Shown: positions 1 through 12,700 of the stretch, in pieces | Layout of the letters: the number at the start of each line of letters is the position of its first letter | How positions within the stretch are numbered: position 1 is the stretch's first letter | Source of the DNA: Selaginella moellendorffii | Lineage: Eukaryota > Plantae > Lycopodiophyta | Assembly: GCF_000143415.4 (NCBI RefSeq) | Contig: NW_003314263.1 | Location: forward strand, 870,165-934,164 | Length of the DNA stretch: 64,000 bases | Direction: 5' to 3' | Notes under the pieces: generated by a model | Seen by the model: the letters and a program-made list of their open reading frames with translations, nothing else | What the model was told of the DNA's origin: nothing | Database searches by the model: none | Translations under genes and position numbers: made by a program

Positions 1-1151
1 ACGCTCGCTTCCTTATCTCGCAAGGAACGGCGGCGGCGGGTGTGGGACACGCCGCGGCGTTAAATGCCCCACTTTGGCATTTGCCCCCGTCGTGGATCGT
101 GTGATCAGCTCAAAGCTCTGCCCAATCCACGAACTCTCCAAGATTCTATCAAATCGATCCATGGAAGAATAGGGTTTTTAATCTTCTCTAGAGAACATGC
201 TCTACGCAAAGATCAAGCAGTCAGGCGTGTCGGGAATGCCCAGACAAGCGCCAGACAAAAAAGCTAGGGCTTGTCTCCAATCCCCCAGTAGCTAGAATAT
301 TCTTGCACTGGAATATCCCCCAGTTACAAGAATATTCTCGTGGTCACTGGACTGAAGCCGCTAACGACAAACGAGACGAAACAAACCTCTCCCAAAACGA
401 AGAAGAAGAAGACGAAGACGAAAAAATCTTCCTTCTCGGCGGCGAGTACCTCTTCTTTTTTTTCTTTTCTTCCTTTTGTCCCGACTCCTTCCTCGAGAAC
501 TTCCAAACGAGAAACGCTCCAATTGCTTGGCTTGCTTGCTTTGATTTGCTTCCTTGGCTGGCTTTGCTCCTGTCGATCGATCTAGGTAGCGGCGGCGCCA
601 AGGGTCGGGTTTCCCGGTCTTGGGAGAGCTTTTCCTTTTCTTCTTTTGCTTCGAATCTCTTCACTGTTCCAAAGTCAATCTCTTGTCCCACAAGAAACGC
701 AGCCGTGGTATAGCTAGTGGCGTGGAACACGCCGTTTCTTCAATGACTAGCTAGCTTTGCGTGTATCCTGTGAGAAAGACCCGTCTCTCCACTGCGCTAT
801 GCCACCACCAAGTTCCACGAACTCTTCGTCTTCATCTTCTTCTCTTCCTCCTCTCCTTCCCAAATCCAAATCCCAATCCTGTGTGTCTCGTCTATCCATC
901 TATATCTGTTGTTTCTCCGCTGTTTGTTTGTTGTGGTGTAAAGATCCCAATGCTTGTGAAAACTGTGAGAAGACACATCCCACTCCTCGGGGATTCCTTC
1001 CAAAATACTCCTGTTTTTTTCCTCCTCCTGCCTTGTTCCCTGTATCTTGCTAAAGAAAAACGGTGCCAGACCAGAGTTTGACCCGTTCGTCCGTCTGGTT
1101 CTTCTTTGTCGGCGCCACAACGAACTCCTCCTTGTTTTCTGTCCTTTCTGA

Positions 1152-2156
1152 CTAGTCGTTGCTGTTGCTGCTGCTGTTGCTCGAGTGGCTGTCGTTGGCA
1201 GTGTTGCTGGTCGCAGCAGCGGCCGTGGCCGGAAGAGATGGCGGCCTCTTTGTCTGCCTGGTGTTGAAAGAGCCGCAACCGGGGCACTTAAGCGCGAAAA
1301 TATGAAACGGTACCTCGTCTTTGTGATTGCAATCGTTGCACAGCATCCACACCGTCTTCCCCCTCAGGGCCTCCGGCATGGGAGTGGCAGCAATCTCCTT
1401 GTCTAGAGTTTGCCAGTACTCGGACAAATCCAGCACCGACCTGGAGCACATAGGACAAGTGTACCTCGAGTGCAACCGCATCTCATTGAAGCAGTCGGCG
1501 TGCATGGTGTGGCCGCACTGGAGCACGGTTATCTGCTTCACGGAGTCGAAGAGGAACTCAAAGCACACCGGGCAGTTGTGGTGCATTGCTCGCTCCACAC
1601 AGACGTGCTTGCCTTGGAGAGCCACCGAGTAGCAGCAGCCACAACGGTCGCAGTGGAAGAAGTTGTCCGCTCCTCCAACGCGACAAATGCCGCATGAGTC
1701 ACAGTGGTACTGGTGCTTGTCCGTGTCGTCGTCGAAAAGGTTGCACTTTGAGCAAAAGTAGCTCCCCATGCACACTCCACAGCCTTCGCAAACTTGCTGC
1801 ACGTCTTGCTCCGTGTCGCACAACAAGCAAATGACCCGCCTTATAGACTCGCGACGGATTTGGTGCCTCTCGCGAGGGTCAGCCTCCTCGCCCTTTGCTT
1901 CGTTGTGGCAATGCCGGCAACCAAAAACCTCGTTGCAACACGGAGCTCTGATACGGCACCGCCGCCTGTAGTGCGGACAACCATACTTCCTGCGACCCCT
2001 CTCGTTTTGTTCTTCTTCCCTCTCATCTTCTACCTGCTCCCCATCCTCCTGCTGTTCCATCCCCGTTCTAGAAACTAAGGCCTCAGTTCCATTGCTCGTT
2101 CCAGATTCCACCGAGCAACTGAGATCCCAGGGGACACGCCTGTCCAGCTCCTCCAT
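1152..2156 (-). CDS. CHY zinc-finger / CTCHY / RING-H2 E3 ubiquitin ligase (RCHY1/Pirh2; plant CHYR/MIEL1/RZFP34 family), intronless
   Basis: Motifs YGCPHYRRRCRIRAPCCNEVFGCRHCH (CHY), YFCSKCNLFDDD..QYHCDSCGICRVGG, CPVCFEFLFDS..CGHTMHADC..CPMC (RING) and LCNDC..CPGCGSFNTRQ (zinc ribbon). First in-frame ATG at 2156; alternative start near 2060. Confidence 0.93.
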   Translation of the reverse strand: MEELDRRVPWDLSCSVESGTSNGTEALVSRTGMEQQEDGEQVEDEREEEQNERGRRKYGCPHYRRRCRIRAPCCNEVFGCRHCHNEAKGEEADPRERHQIRRESIRRVICLLCDTEQDVQQVCEGCGVCMGSYFCSKCNLFDDDTDKHQYHCDSCGICRVGGADNFFHCDRCGCCYSVALQGKHVCVERAMHHNCPVCFEFLFDSVKQITVLQCGHTMHADCFNEMRLHSRYTCPMCSRSVLDLSEYWQTLDKEIAATPMPEALRGKTVWMLCNDCNHKDEVPFHIFALKCPGCGSFNTRQTKRPPSLPATAAAATSNTANDSHSSNSSSNSND

Positions 2157-2594
2157 TCCACCCGGCGAAGAAGCAGAAAACTTCAGTGTTGGCGACGCAA
2201 GTTCCCAGTGCGGCTGAAAAGAAAAGAAGAAACGAATCACTCCCAAGGAAGCAAGAGCGGCAGAACTTGCAAGCACGCAAAAAATCTTACTCAAAGGCTT
2301 GCTTGCCTGTCCGTATCCAAGGGCCAGGATTCTTACTCGTAGCGGTCGACCGACACTGCTCTGACACGTCAAAAGATAAAGACGCTACGTTGACAATAGA
2401 GAAAACGTGAACGCGCGCTCTCCACCACGGAACAAAGGAATAAGATAGAGAGAGGAAACGTTGTACATTTGAAGGCCATAAAATACAAAGGATGGATGAC
2501 ACGGTTCCAACTCCTGAAAACACACATCCACCGGATAAAAACCATCACGATGCCACCTAACTTAAGCTCTAGCCTTACCTAATTTCCACGAGTC

Positions 2595-3910
2595 TCAGCC
2601 ATCATCCTCACCCTCAGAATCTGTAATGTTTCCACCAGTTGATGAAAACGGAGAAAAGAACGATCCTAGAAAAGAAAAACTGTACTCTACCTGAGCGAAC
2701 ATCGTCTCCGATGACTCCAGCCCGTATCTGCTTGACGATCATTCGGTAAATAAGTACCCACCAGTAGATGTGAAGTACAAAAAGACTGATGAGTAAGGTA
2801 TTCGTTACGTAGTAGTAAATTGGCCCGTAACCTCTATGTAGATGAATGTTGATGGCTTTGATGGACAAGTAGCTGTCGTGGATGACACGGAAACACCAGT
2901 GAAAAGCTTGAACAACTAGGAAAGATCAGATACTGCTTACCTTGTCCCCCAAATAACCCAGACTGGGAAGTAAATAAGCCGCAAGAGCACCCACGAAAGA
3001 GCAAACAGGCCAAACAGGACATCTGGAACAACACGGACTCCCGCATATTTTGACATCTTGGCCAGCTCCAAGAAAACATCACTCGCATCATGTAGTGCGA
3101 GCACGACGCATCCTATCCGAGCAAATCTGCTTGCACCAAAATAAAGCACCACGAACTTGACAGGCTCCACGAGAATATTAAAAGAACCAACCTGGTCCAA
3201 TACGAAAACGAAATCAAGCCAAAGGTTGCAACATGGTGGGTCATGCTCACTCCGAAATCCTTTCTTCGCGTTTCCCAAAAGATAAGAGCAAATATGCTGT
3301 AGGCATAGAATCCCGCCGCAAAAGCATACAGGAGCTTGAGCTTCACCCTGGAAAAAAAGAAACAAAAATGAAGATCAGTACGAGAAACACTGTTCCAACT
3401 AGAAACTAGTTAAAGATCAAAGAACAAAACTCTAGAACTTGTTCCAGAAAAATCAAAGAACTCGAAAAACTTGGAAGGAAAAGAAAACCTCTTACTTGAT
3501 GGTTTGATTCGGCCACGTTTGATCCCCGGGTCCGACCCAAATGCTGTAGCTATCGGTCAGCCAAGTCTCGTTATAAGTCACATATAGCGCAAAGATCTCC
3601 GCGGTGGTGTAATAAACGCATTTCCAGCCCGACTCTTTGAATTTAGTCTGTGTCTTCCTCAGCGCGTCCCTATCAGCGTCGCTCAGCTTCCTCAACTTGG
3701 ACTCGTGCGTGCCAAACACCGATTTCCTGCTCAATTTCTACGCGAGCGAGCTCAAATCTGCCAGAAATTCACATTGCCGCTTACCTCGAGCACGAATCGA
3801 TCCAAGAAGAAGCGGCAAACCGGGAATCCTATCGCGAATATCGGCGCCAGCGTCACAAGATCCCAAAAGGAGGGATCGATCTCCCTGTTGAGCTGCCGGG
3901 CGAGCTCCAT
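2595..3910 (-). CDS. LAG1: Ceramide synthase, LAG1/LOH (TLC domain) family, multi-exon
   Basis: Exons read [17 protein letters not shown]..., [41 protein letters not shown] (Lag1 motif), [12 protein letters not shown] and the terminal GDDVRS|DSEGEDDG*. Introns are GT-AG. Confidence 0.93.
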
Positions 3911-4100
3911 CGCCGCGATTCTCTGGGAGAGAAAGATTAGGGCGGCACAACGGTGTCAAAATATTTCTTTTATCGCGAGTCCGTTAGAATCTTAAAGGCA
4001 GGATCGTACAGCGTGCATACATTTTCGGTACACTCGTACGGCCGCGCCTTATATGACACAAAAAAGCTCGTTCGTGTAGTTCTTCCTTCTTCGCGTTTTC

Positions 4101-7100
4101 TTACTTCCATTTCTCTCGGAGCTCCTTTCTTTGCGACAGCACCATGCTCACGGCGATGGCCACCACCAGAACCACGATCGTGATGAGCAGCAAAGCGTAG
4201 CTAAAGTCCTCGGTGAGCGAGTCGTAAGTTCGCGATGGCGCTGTTCTCGTGAAGAACAAATCGATCCCGTAGGCGAATACCAAGCACGTCGATTCTAGCC
4301 GAGCAGGGACGCTGATGATCCCCCGGAGTTCCTCCACTCGAGCCGCGTGTGTGAGATACGACTGCCAAGAACACGGCATTTAGAACAGTCCCGAAAAGCA
4401 AACGACGCAAACCTGTGGAAAAAGTGGGAGACCCTCGGAGAGAGGAATCACACCTTCCTCCCTTTCCATGGGAGTCGGATCCGCGGACCTGCGTGGATCC
4501 AAAAACCGCTTGTCCAGAGCGATTACCTGCGGGAAAACGATCTAAAGTTCGTCCAAACTCCATCAAAGTTGCTCGCTCACCTGGTTTCCTATAGTACCAA
4601 CGAGTATTTGCTTTCCCGTGATGCCTCTTGCAGTGAACGTAACACTCATTGTCCTGACTGTGGACGGGAAAAAGTAGCTCTGTCCCTTAACTTCCAAGTT
4701 GCGTGGTGAGAACGACGAAAACGGGACGCTGGCGTTGTAGCGTCCCAGCATTAATTGAAGCACATCTTTCCCGTCCTGCGTGCGAAAAGAAAGTCAAGAA
4801 AAAACTCTCCTTTCAAGCTCAACTTACCGCGGATTTGTCATAAACTTCCAACACAGACATCTCGTGACGGTGGTTGCGCACATTGAAGTAGCAATAGACA
4901 ACCCAGTTCTCGCTGAAAACCTGTTGAGAAATCCATCAGCTCTTGGAAGAAAAGAGGAAGGTGATTCTTTCTTTACCACGTGAACGGGACCCTGTGCGTG
5001 TGCATGCGAGACACGATGGAGAATTTGGCCAGTGACACTGTCAATAAGGTACGCAACTAGCCACGTCTCTTCCGGGTTGGCGGCGCCAACTCTAGAATCT
5101 TGAGGTGTCACTGTTGCAACGAAAACCATGTTTTTGTTGAGATATTTGTACCATACGTCACGATTGCCCAGAACTTTAGCTTGCGTGTGCACCATCTGTG
5201 ACGAGAAAATCAGAACCATACCAAGAAAAGAAGATCAAGACCCGAAAGTTACCTCATCTGCTCTTCTCGTTGTGATTGCCGCAATAGTTTCCGAGTCCTT
5301 CGGAAACAGTACAGACCATATCTTTTGCGACTGGAAAACCAGTCCGCCTTCTTCTCCAGCGTCGACCTGCGACTTGATGTTGTATCCTTCTATTTGCCCG
5401 GCTTCTTTATCAGCTATGTAGAAGTAGACGTTCTGCATGTACTTCTCAAAGAGGCTCAAGCTCTCGTCGCTCGTAGGATAAAGATGAGCCTTGTTCTGGT
5501 CGTCAATAAGTAAGTGGAGCCTTCGTTCCGATGAATCTACGACTGGCAGAGCGAGAGCAACCTTGACCGAGTAAGGAAGTGCCAAAGTTTCCTGCACACT
5601 GCCTGTGAGCATGTCTACCCAGGCCGCAAACCCAGTTCCATCGTGGGACGATCCCAATACAAGAGCAACCGCATTCTCGTCGACGTGCTTGTGAGGAATT
5701 CTCCACGGATACAGCTTCAAGGAACCTTTCGTCGACAATTCAGGAATGAAGCGCGACCACACTATGCCACCATTTCCAGTATGAAGAGCGAAAAGCTTTC
5801 CGGAACTTGTGAGGACGACTATGAGCTTCCTAAAACCGTTGTGATCACGCGTCATTTTCGTCTTGTCTGCGTTATTCAGGCGCAAGGCTTGTAAAGCCGT
5901 CTGCTCCTCGGCTGTTGCAAGCATAAGCGTGGATTTCAAGCGCAAAACATGCCCCTGCATAAACAGCCAGTTGACGTCTCAACGATGCAAACATATTTCG
6001 TTACCTTGAGCCACTCGTAGAGATCGTGCTCGACTTCTGCAACAGAAACACCAGCTTTTTCCAACGGAAGCTCAGCAGTCAAAGTATCCACGACGGAAGC
6101 AAGTGCTTCCTCTCTGCTCCACACCACCTTTCCCTGCTGCAGCAAAGCCAAGGAGTGATCCTGTCCGACTATAAGGACCCGGAATCCACGGCTTCTATCT
6201 GTTTTGATGTAAGCGTTCATGAACACTTTCTGTACCCCTCCCTTGTTTGGATCTACCTCCACTGTCTCCTCAGCAGTCTCAATCCATTCCTTGCCACTAA
6301 GCACACGGACGCGAATTTCTTTGGAGTTGATATGCTGAAGAAACGACTGCGCAAAAGTACCGTCGAGAACGATGCTGTTACTGACAACCGGTGGCCCCTG
6401 GATCTGTTGAAGCACTTCCACACCTTTCTTGTCCAATCCCAGAACAAAAATGGAGCCGCCGTCTGTAGAAAGGACGCAACCTCCAGGGATCTTGTCTGGT
6501 AAAAGCTGCGCGCTTGAAACTGGCGAATCGAGAAGTGTAGCAAGACTTGTCTTTTGCAGCTCTACCACTTCGGCTTCCATAAGACCAGTAACAATGTTTC
6601 CCTGAGTATCCAGAGCCGCGAAAACTCCAGAGCTCAAAACGAAGCTAGAAGGATTCAACGGTTCGGTTGTCTTTAGAGTTGTGAAAGCGCCAGTGCTCGC
6701 ATCGATGCGGAAAAGTGCGAGGGATGATCCAGAAAACCCAGCGACGTATATATTCTTGCCTTCAAAGCTCAAGGAGGTCTGAGCCAGCCTGCTACCATCC
6801 AAAAACAAAATCAAACTTTCACCTCGAACATTAGTGGCACATACCTTTCATCCAGCAAATCAGAAGTCCAAAGAAGCCGGCCGTCGGCACTTGACACGAC
6901 ATAAACTATCCCTTGTTTCAGAACAAGTAGATCATCAGACTGCCACACAAGAAACAGTAAATCGTCAGGAGAAATGCAAAAACGAACTCCATACCGGCAG
7001 GAGAAAAAGCTGAGCAGGAGATGGCGAAGTGTATAACGAAGTTTCCCAGATAAGTGAACCGTCAGGAAGATGGAATGATCTCAAGGAGCCTCCTCGAGAC

Positions 7101-7578
7101 AATGAGACCGCATCTAGATCATCCGAGAAAGCATTTTCAAACACAGGAAGAAGAACAAAAAGAAACAAAAAGCTTACATTTGCCAAGAGCTACTTGGAGT
7201 CCATCAATCGGCTCCGACTCCTCTAGAACTTGCCTCCAAACTGGAATCCATCTCGTAAACTCTTTCAAGCCCATAAGAGAACTTACAAATCTCTCCAGAG
7301 CGAAGATTGAGTGATGCGACCACGCTCTTCTCTGTAGCTACAATAACGCGCTTCTTGCCGCTAGCAGTCTGGAACACTGCGTGAGTTACTTTTCCAATGT
7401 ATTCCTGGTGCCTGCAATGGAGAAAACTCGTTTCTAAGCATGGATCCCATCCTTTTGAGCTCAGCATTCTCACTCACCAGTCCCATAGCCCAACCTGATC
7501 CTCGTAAATCGCATCACAAGCTGCGAGCACCACGAGCAGCAGCGCCGGCGCAAGGATCCAGCGCCTCCAGCTCCCCAT
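4101..7578 (-). CDS. EMC1: ER membrane protein complex subunit 1, multi-exon
   Basis: Signal peptide followed by AIYEDQVGLWDW, then WSREEALAS, RDHNGFRKLIVVLTSSGKLFAL and YKYLNKN. C-terminus LESTCLVFAYGIDLFFTRTAPSRTYDSLTEDF, a TM helix and KELREKWK. Confidence 0.95.
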
Positions 7579-7635
7579 TATCCAAGAACCCTAATTAAAA
7601 CTCCAAGGGGGAAATAGTTTTAGGGCTCATCAGCT
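7579..7635. promoter_or_regulatory. 57-bp head-to-head interval between EMC1 and PRCC with telo-box-like motifs
   Basis: ATGs at 7578(-) and 7636(+). Contains aaccctaa and ttttagggc. Confidence 0.55.
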
Positions 7636-8705
7636 ATGGAGTCCCTTCTCGCGTGCTACGCATCCGACGAGGAAGGAGAGGAGGAATTTCGCGCGCCAGT
7701 GACAAGTAAGTCCTCGATTCCTCCATTTCCAGAGCCGCGGATCAGCAATGGCGACCAAGGGAGAGGCGGCAAGAGCATGTTTAGCTTCCTTCCGGCGCCG
7801 AAGAGGAACAAGGGGCTGGATTATCGCCCGCCGATCGACACCTCGGCCCTGGAAGAGGAAGAAGATGCCGGCAATGCGAAGAAGAAGCCGCGATTGGACG
7901 AGAAGGAGATGACCGTGGTGGGGGGATTGGTATTGCCGGCTCCCAAGAACAGTTTGGGGATTGGGGGCGCTTTGGGTGGAGGCCGTGGCCAAGCTCTGGA
8001 TTTTTCTAGCCACGGTTCTTCGTCACTGCCAGAGAGGAATCTAGATCAGGAAGAGATGGTTCCTTCTAGCAGCGAGAATGTGGAGGAGTCGGGATCTCAA
8101 GATGGTCTTTACTACGAAGATCCTTTTCCAGGATATCAGACACAGGGATACGATGGTCTTTCACAGGAAGAAAGCTATCAAGGCCAGGAGAATGGCTATG
8201 AGGGCCTGGAAAGTGGTGCTTTCTACGAGGATCAAGGACAGAATCATCCATACCAATACTACGAGGGAGATGCTGTCTATGATCAAGCTCAAGCCCAAGC
8301 TCCTGTGGAGGAGGATCCGGTTGCGAAGGCTATGAGGCAGGAGAATCGGAAAGGAAGAGTGGAGCCGGTTAAGTTCGTCGAGATCAAGCAGGACGATCTC
8401 ACCGCCAACAGGCCGCGAGAGGATCAGCTCCGGATGACTGGCATCGCGTTTGGCTCGACGTTTAGCTCCGTGCTTGACGTAAGTTTTTGCGATCTTCTTC
8501 TTTGTTCTTCCTTGGTTCTGACCGGTGGTGTTTTGATTTCCAGAAGAAGGATGACGAGGAGAACAAGCCTTCCAAGCTCCACAAGAAGAAGCACCAGATC
8601 GGATCGCTGTACTACGACATGAAGCAAAAGGAGTTTGAGCTCATGGAACGCCGCGCCAGAGGGTTCTTGAGCAAGGCTCAAACTCACGCAAAGTATGGCT
8701 GGTAA
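7636..8705 (+). CDS. PRCC: PRCC-family proline-rich / spliceosome-associated protein, 2 exons (intron ~8479-8543)
   Basis: N-terminus MESLLACYASDEE, repeated LPAPK motifs, and C-terminal KKHQIGSLYYDMKQKEFEL...KAQTHAKYGW (PRCC C-terminal domain). Intron is gtaagt...ttccag. Confidence 0.88.
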
Positions 8706-8806
8706 GAAAACGAGGAAAACAAAACTGGGAAGAAAAAAAGAAGAAAAGACGGAAGAAACGATGTTTAAAAGGCTTTTAAAGACGAAAGGTTTTTAGGGTT
8801 CCTGCA

Positions 8807-9745
8807 ATGTCAGTGCTTGACGCGTATAGCTTCCGCGAGGAGAGAGTGCCAAGGTATGGCTATGGCGGCATCGATCGCGGCATACCAAGGGTGGGCTACA
8901 ATGGTAGCAACGAGAAGGTGGTCATCAAATCGATGAACCAAGATCCCAGGGTCTTCGACATGGATCGCATCGAGGAAGAGTTTGATCTCATGATAGAGTG
9001 CGAGCACAAGAACGTCCTCAAGGCTCTCGACGTGGGCACCGACGAGCACTACTACACTTACATGGTTTTGGAGTATATCGACTGTGATCTCATGGACTTC
9101 TTCGGCCAGGACAAGGTATACTACAGCATCTCCAAGGCGGACAAGATCCGGGAGATCCTGCGCCAGATTCTTTTAGGGCTTGCATGCATGCACGGACGTG
9201 GGGTGGCGCACCAGAACGTCGGCTACTACAGCCTGCTGGTCAAGCGCAATTACGACGAGTTTGTGGTCAAACTGACGGATTTCAGCTGTGCGAGGAGGAT
9301 TACGACGCCGGCGAACCCGGAGATTGCGGGATCACCGGAATACAATGCTCCGGAAGTTCTTCGCATGGAAGCCGAGAGGATGGGAACTACGGCTGATATT
9401 TGGAGTGCCGGTGTTGTTTTTTTGCAGATGCTAATGGGATACAACCCTTTTTACCCTGGGATTAGTCATCAGAAAGAGAGAGAAAAGGTGGTGGACGAGA
9501 TTCATAGATTTCTTGACGAAGATATGTTTAAGTTGATTGAGGACAAGGCTGCAGTGGAATTGTTGAAAGGTATGCTAGCTTGGGATCCAGAGAAGAGATT
9601 TACTGCCGAAGAAGCGTTGGATTCACCATACTTAGCGGTACAAACACCACCGGTTATTAGAGAAAACAAGGTCGTGGTGAAAGTAGAAGATCGCCCCTCT
9701 ACAGGTTTTTGGACAGAGGTTGCCAAGATCTTCTCGCTGGCTTGA
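8807..9745 (+). CDS. Intronless CMGC/CDK-like kinase-fold protein, type A; probable pseudokinase
   Basis: VVIK, EHKNV, HQNVGYYSLL in place of HRDLKPxN, DFS, GSPEYNAPE, DIWSAG and DPEKRFTAEEAL. The Gly-rich loop is degenerate. Confidence 0.85.
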   Translation: MSVLDAYSFREERVPRYGYGGIDRGIPRVGYNGSNEKVVIKSMNQDPRVFDMDRIEEEFDLMIECEHKNVLKALDVGTDEHYYTYMVLEYIDCDLMDFFGQDKVYYSISKADKIREILRQILLGLACMHGRGVAHQNVGYYSLLVKRNYDEFVVKLTDFSCARRITTPANPEIAGSPEYNAPEVLRMEAERMGTTADIWSAGVVFLQMLMGYNPFYPGISHQKEREKVVDEIHRFLDEDMFKLIEDKAAVELLKGMLAWDPEKRFTAEEALDSPYLAVQTPPVIRENKVVVKVEDRPSTGFWTEVAKIFSLA

Positions 9746-9776
9746 TATTGAATTAAATTTCCAGCTTACAAGGTTT

Positions 9777-12700
9777 TTAGTAGGCGGAGTTACTGAGAAA
9801 ACTTACAATGCACCTGTTTTTCTGGAGGAGCTCGTCTAGTCTCTTCCATGTCGAGCTTTGCACTTCACGCAGCGTCTCTGCTTTGTCTCGCAGCTGCGAG
9901 TAAGTGAGAATGCTCTCGCCGTGGATCTGCGGTGAATCGAAAGCGTTAATCGCTTCCAAAAGTGATAGAGAAAAACTTACTCGAAGCACGAGTAGCATTA
10001 CTGCCTGGACAAAGTCGAAATCTCTGTTTAGAGACGTAGCTTTGATGAGAAAGTCGATGAGCGAACCGATATCCCGGATCTGTTCCTCGGGAGCATCCTC
10101 GTCTACTATTTGCAAGAAGCGAATTTCGGCGTCGAGAGATGACGATGTCAAGTTTTTCATGTGCTCCAAAAGCTCCAGACCTTGAGAAAAACAAAAGTTA
10201 GCTGCTTCTAAAGAACCAAAAGAGCTTACATTCTCCGCTTCTGGCAAAGTCGTGAACGAGCTGGATAAACTGCGATGGCGTGTCCGCTCCAGTAGATAAA
10301 GACTGCAAACGGACCGACTTGGTTTTCTGCGAGTCTTGGTCTGGAGAAGCGAACGCAGGGACACCAGAGAGAGAAGGAAGCGTTGGCAAGAAAAACGGAG
10401 CTCTCTCCGGTTTTTTAGGCGCTGCTATCGGTTTGTTGCGAGCCTGGAATTCATCATAGACATTAGAAGTCTTCCTAAAAGAACTTTGCGTACCTTGACT
10501 GTATCAAGATGCACAAGACCTTGCCACTGGTTTTTCGGAAGTAGCGATAAGGTTACCAGCTCTGGAGTGATTTGAGCAGTGCTGGGGAGCTCGGACTTCT
10601 CTTCTAGGCCAGGCAACTCAATATTATCCCGAGAAACTTTTTCTGGATTACTGTCCCCGCCTTCTTCTGGCCGAGATCCGGTCGACGATGGGAGCGCGAC
10701 ATCTTTTACGGCATTTCCGCTTCCAAGTTCAATATCTCCAGCAGAGTACATGTAGCGATTACCCCTGCAAATTTTCAGAATTAAAAAACTAAGAATAAAG
10801 AAAAAAACTAAAAGAGCTCACCAAAGATATATGCCTTTGTGATTTACGTGACATGTAGCCAACATGTCCATGCCTGGTGATAGAGAGAGGGCCGTGATTG
10901 CAGCATTTACACGCATTGCGTCCAGTTGCTTTGCTGCAACCACATCCCATACTCTTACAGTTGCATCCATAGCCGAGGACAAGAGCCATTTCCCATCCTC
11001 ACTGAAAGTGAAATCGGTGATCCGGTCTGTGTGGCCCGAGAAAACTCGAACCAGCCGCACTGCAACCATGTCGTACAATCTTATAACGTGGTCGTCTGAC
11101 GATACCGCAGCGAGGCCTGATAAAAGAAAGGTTTCTCAGCAGAGGGTTACACAAGTTCTTGAAGATGACGTACCGTTCCCACGGTGGTAAGTCATTTTTA
11201 TTATCGGAGAGCCGGGACTAATAGAGGCTTTTAGCTGCAAGGACTTGAAGTTCCACACCTGAAATCGCAAGGTCTGGCAGTGATAACACAGTGTCCTCAG
11301 CCATACCTTGATTAACTTATCGTAGCCAGCGCTGAAAAGGCACGCGTTCGTCGCATCTGAAGCGAGACCATGCACTGCTCCTGTATGTGCGCTTTGATCA
11401 GCCAACGTGCCATCGCGGTATGAACCACGGTGAAGTCCCGACTGCAAGTTAAACCGCTCAATGTGTCCTGACGCAGTACCAAGCGTCACAAAATTTCCGC
11501 AAGCACTGATACTGCAAACCTGTCAAAGGATAACATTTGATCATGACAAAACATGCTAGAGTTCTCACCAACCTTCACAGGGCTAGGCTTCTCAGGGCAA
11601 GGCTTGAGGACATGCTCGCCAATAACAAAGTTCTGTAAACGCCAGGTATATGCAGAGCAATCGTCCAGATGACATGTGACGACATTGCACCAGTCACGCT
11701 CTCGGATTTCGGCTGCAACGCAATGACGTTGTGATTAGTTTTGTTTTCCACTTCACAAAAATTTACCTGCGTCAAAGGCGACGATAGGTGCGAGCTTTAT
11801 TTCTTCTTCCTGAGAAGCTGAACAGCAACGAAGTTAGTACAAGCATGAAATCAACAAACACCGACCTTTAGCTTTAGCCTTTTAGCGCGCTTGGTTACAT
11901 TCCCTTGAGAAAGCTCTCTGCTCTGTTGATCCTGATATATATATGCAAACATGTGCTAAGATAAGATCCAAATTTATAACTCAAGAACTCACTTGAATGG
12001 TCGAAAATAAGCGGAAAGCTCGGTCTTGGCCACCGGACAAGATGCATCGCCCTTCACCGTAGTACCTGCAAAAACTCAAGATAAGCATAGGACCCTAAAA
12101 ACTCTCGAAGACCTTATGCACGTAGGTGGAGCGCTGTGACCACTCCTGTACCGCAGAAGCCTTGCATCACCATCTAATGAATCAAATATCCACATCTGCG
12201 AGAATTGACGCTAAAGTAAGTTGCCGAGGAAAATAGCAGAAAGAGACAGAGGGAAACCAAACCTTCAAAGAATTGTCCTTTGAGTTGCTCATTAATACAG
12301 GTTCGTTAGCTAGAAAATGCAAAGACGCTACTTCTGAGTCGTGAGCGTCGTTGATAACAGTCTGCAGTTTCTTCTTTTCCAAGTCCCAAATACTTATGGC
12401 ACCGGATGATCCTCCGGCAGCCAAGAACGCGTGACCATCTGTAGGATACAGTTCATATACAAGATAAACAAAGATATCTAGCATGCATACCTGTCCTGAA
12501 CGAAAGTGCCGTCACACCCCCTCTGGTAGTATGTGTGAAAGTGGCAATAGTTTCATCGTATCGGATATTGTGCACATGGATTTTCCCATCTCCACACCCG
12601 ATTCCAACGACGTCCAGCGCTGGAGACGATACGCAAGTAAGAACGGGAGAGTTCCATCCTTTGAACTCATGGACCATCTTTCTGGATTTAATATTCCAAA

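Noticed and set aside
1-1150. Several overlapping 60-136 aa ORFs and a small stem-loop near 711-753
   Set aside because: Low-complexity GAA/CTT-rich sequence typical of UTRs. No domain, clear splice structure or recognisable miRNA/snoRNA motif.
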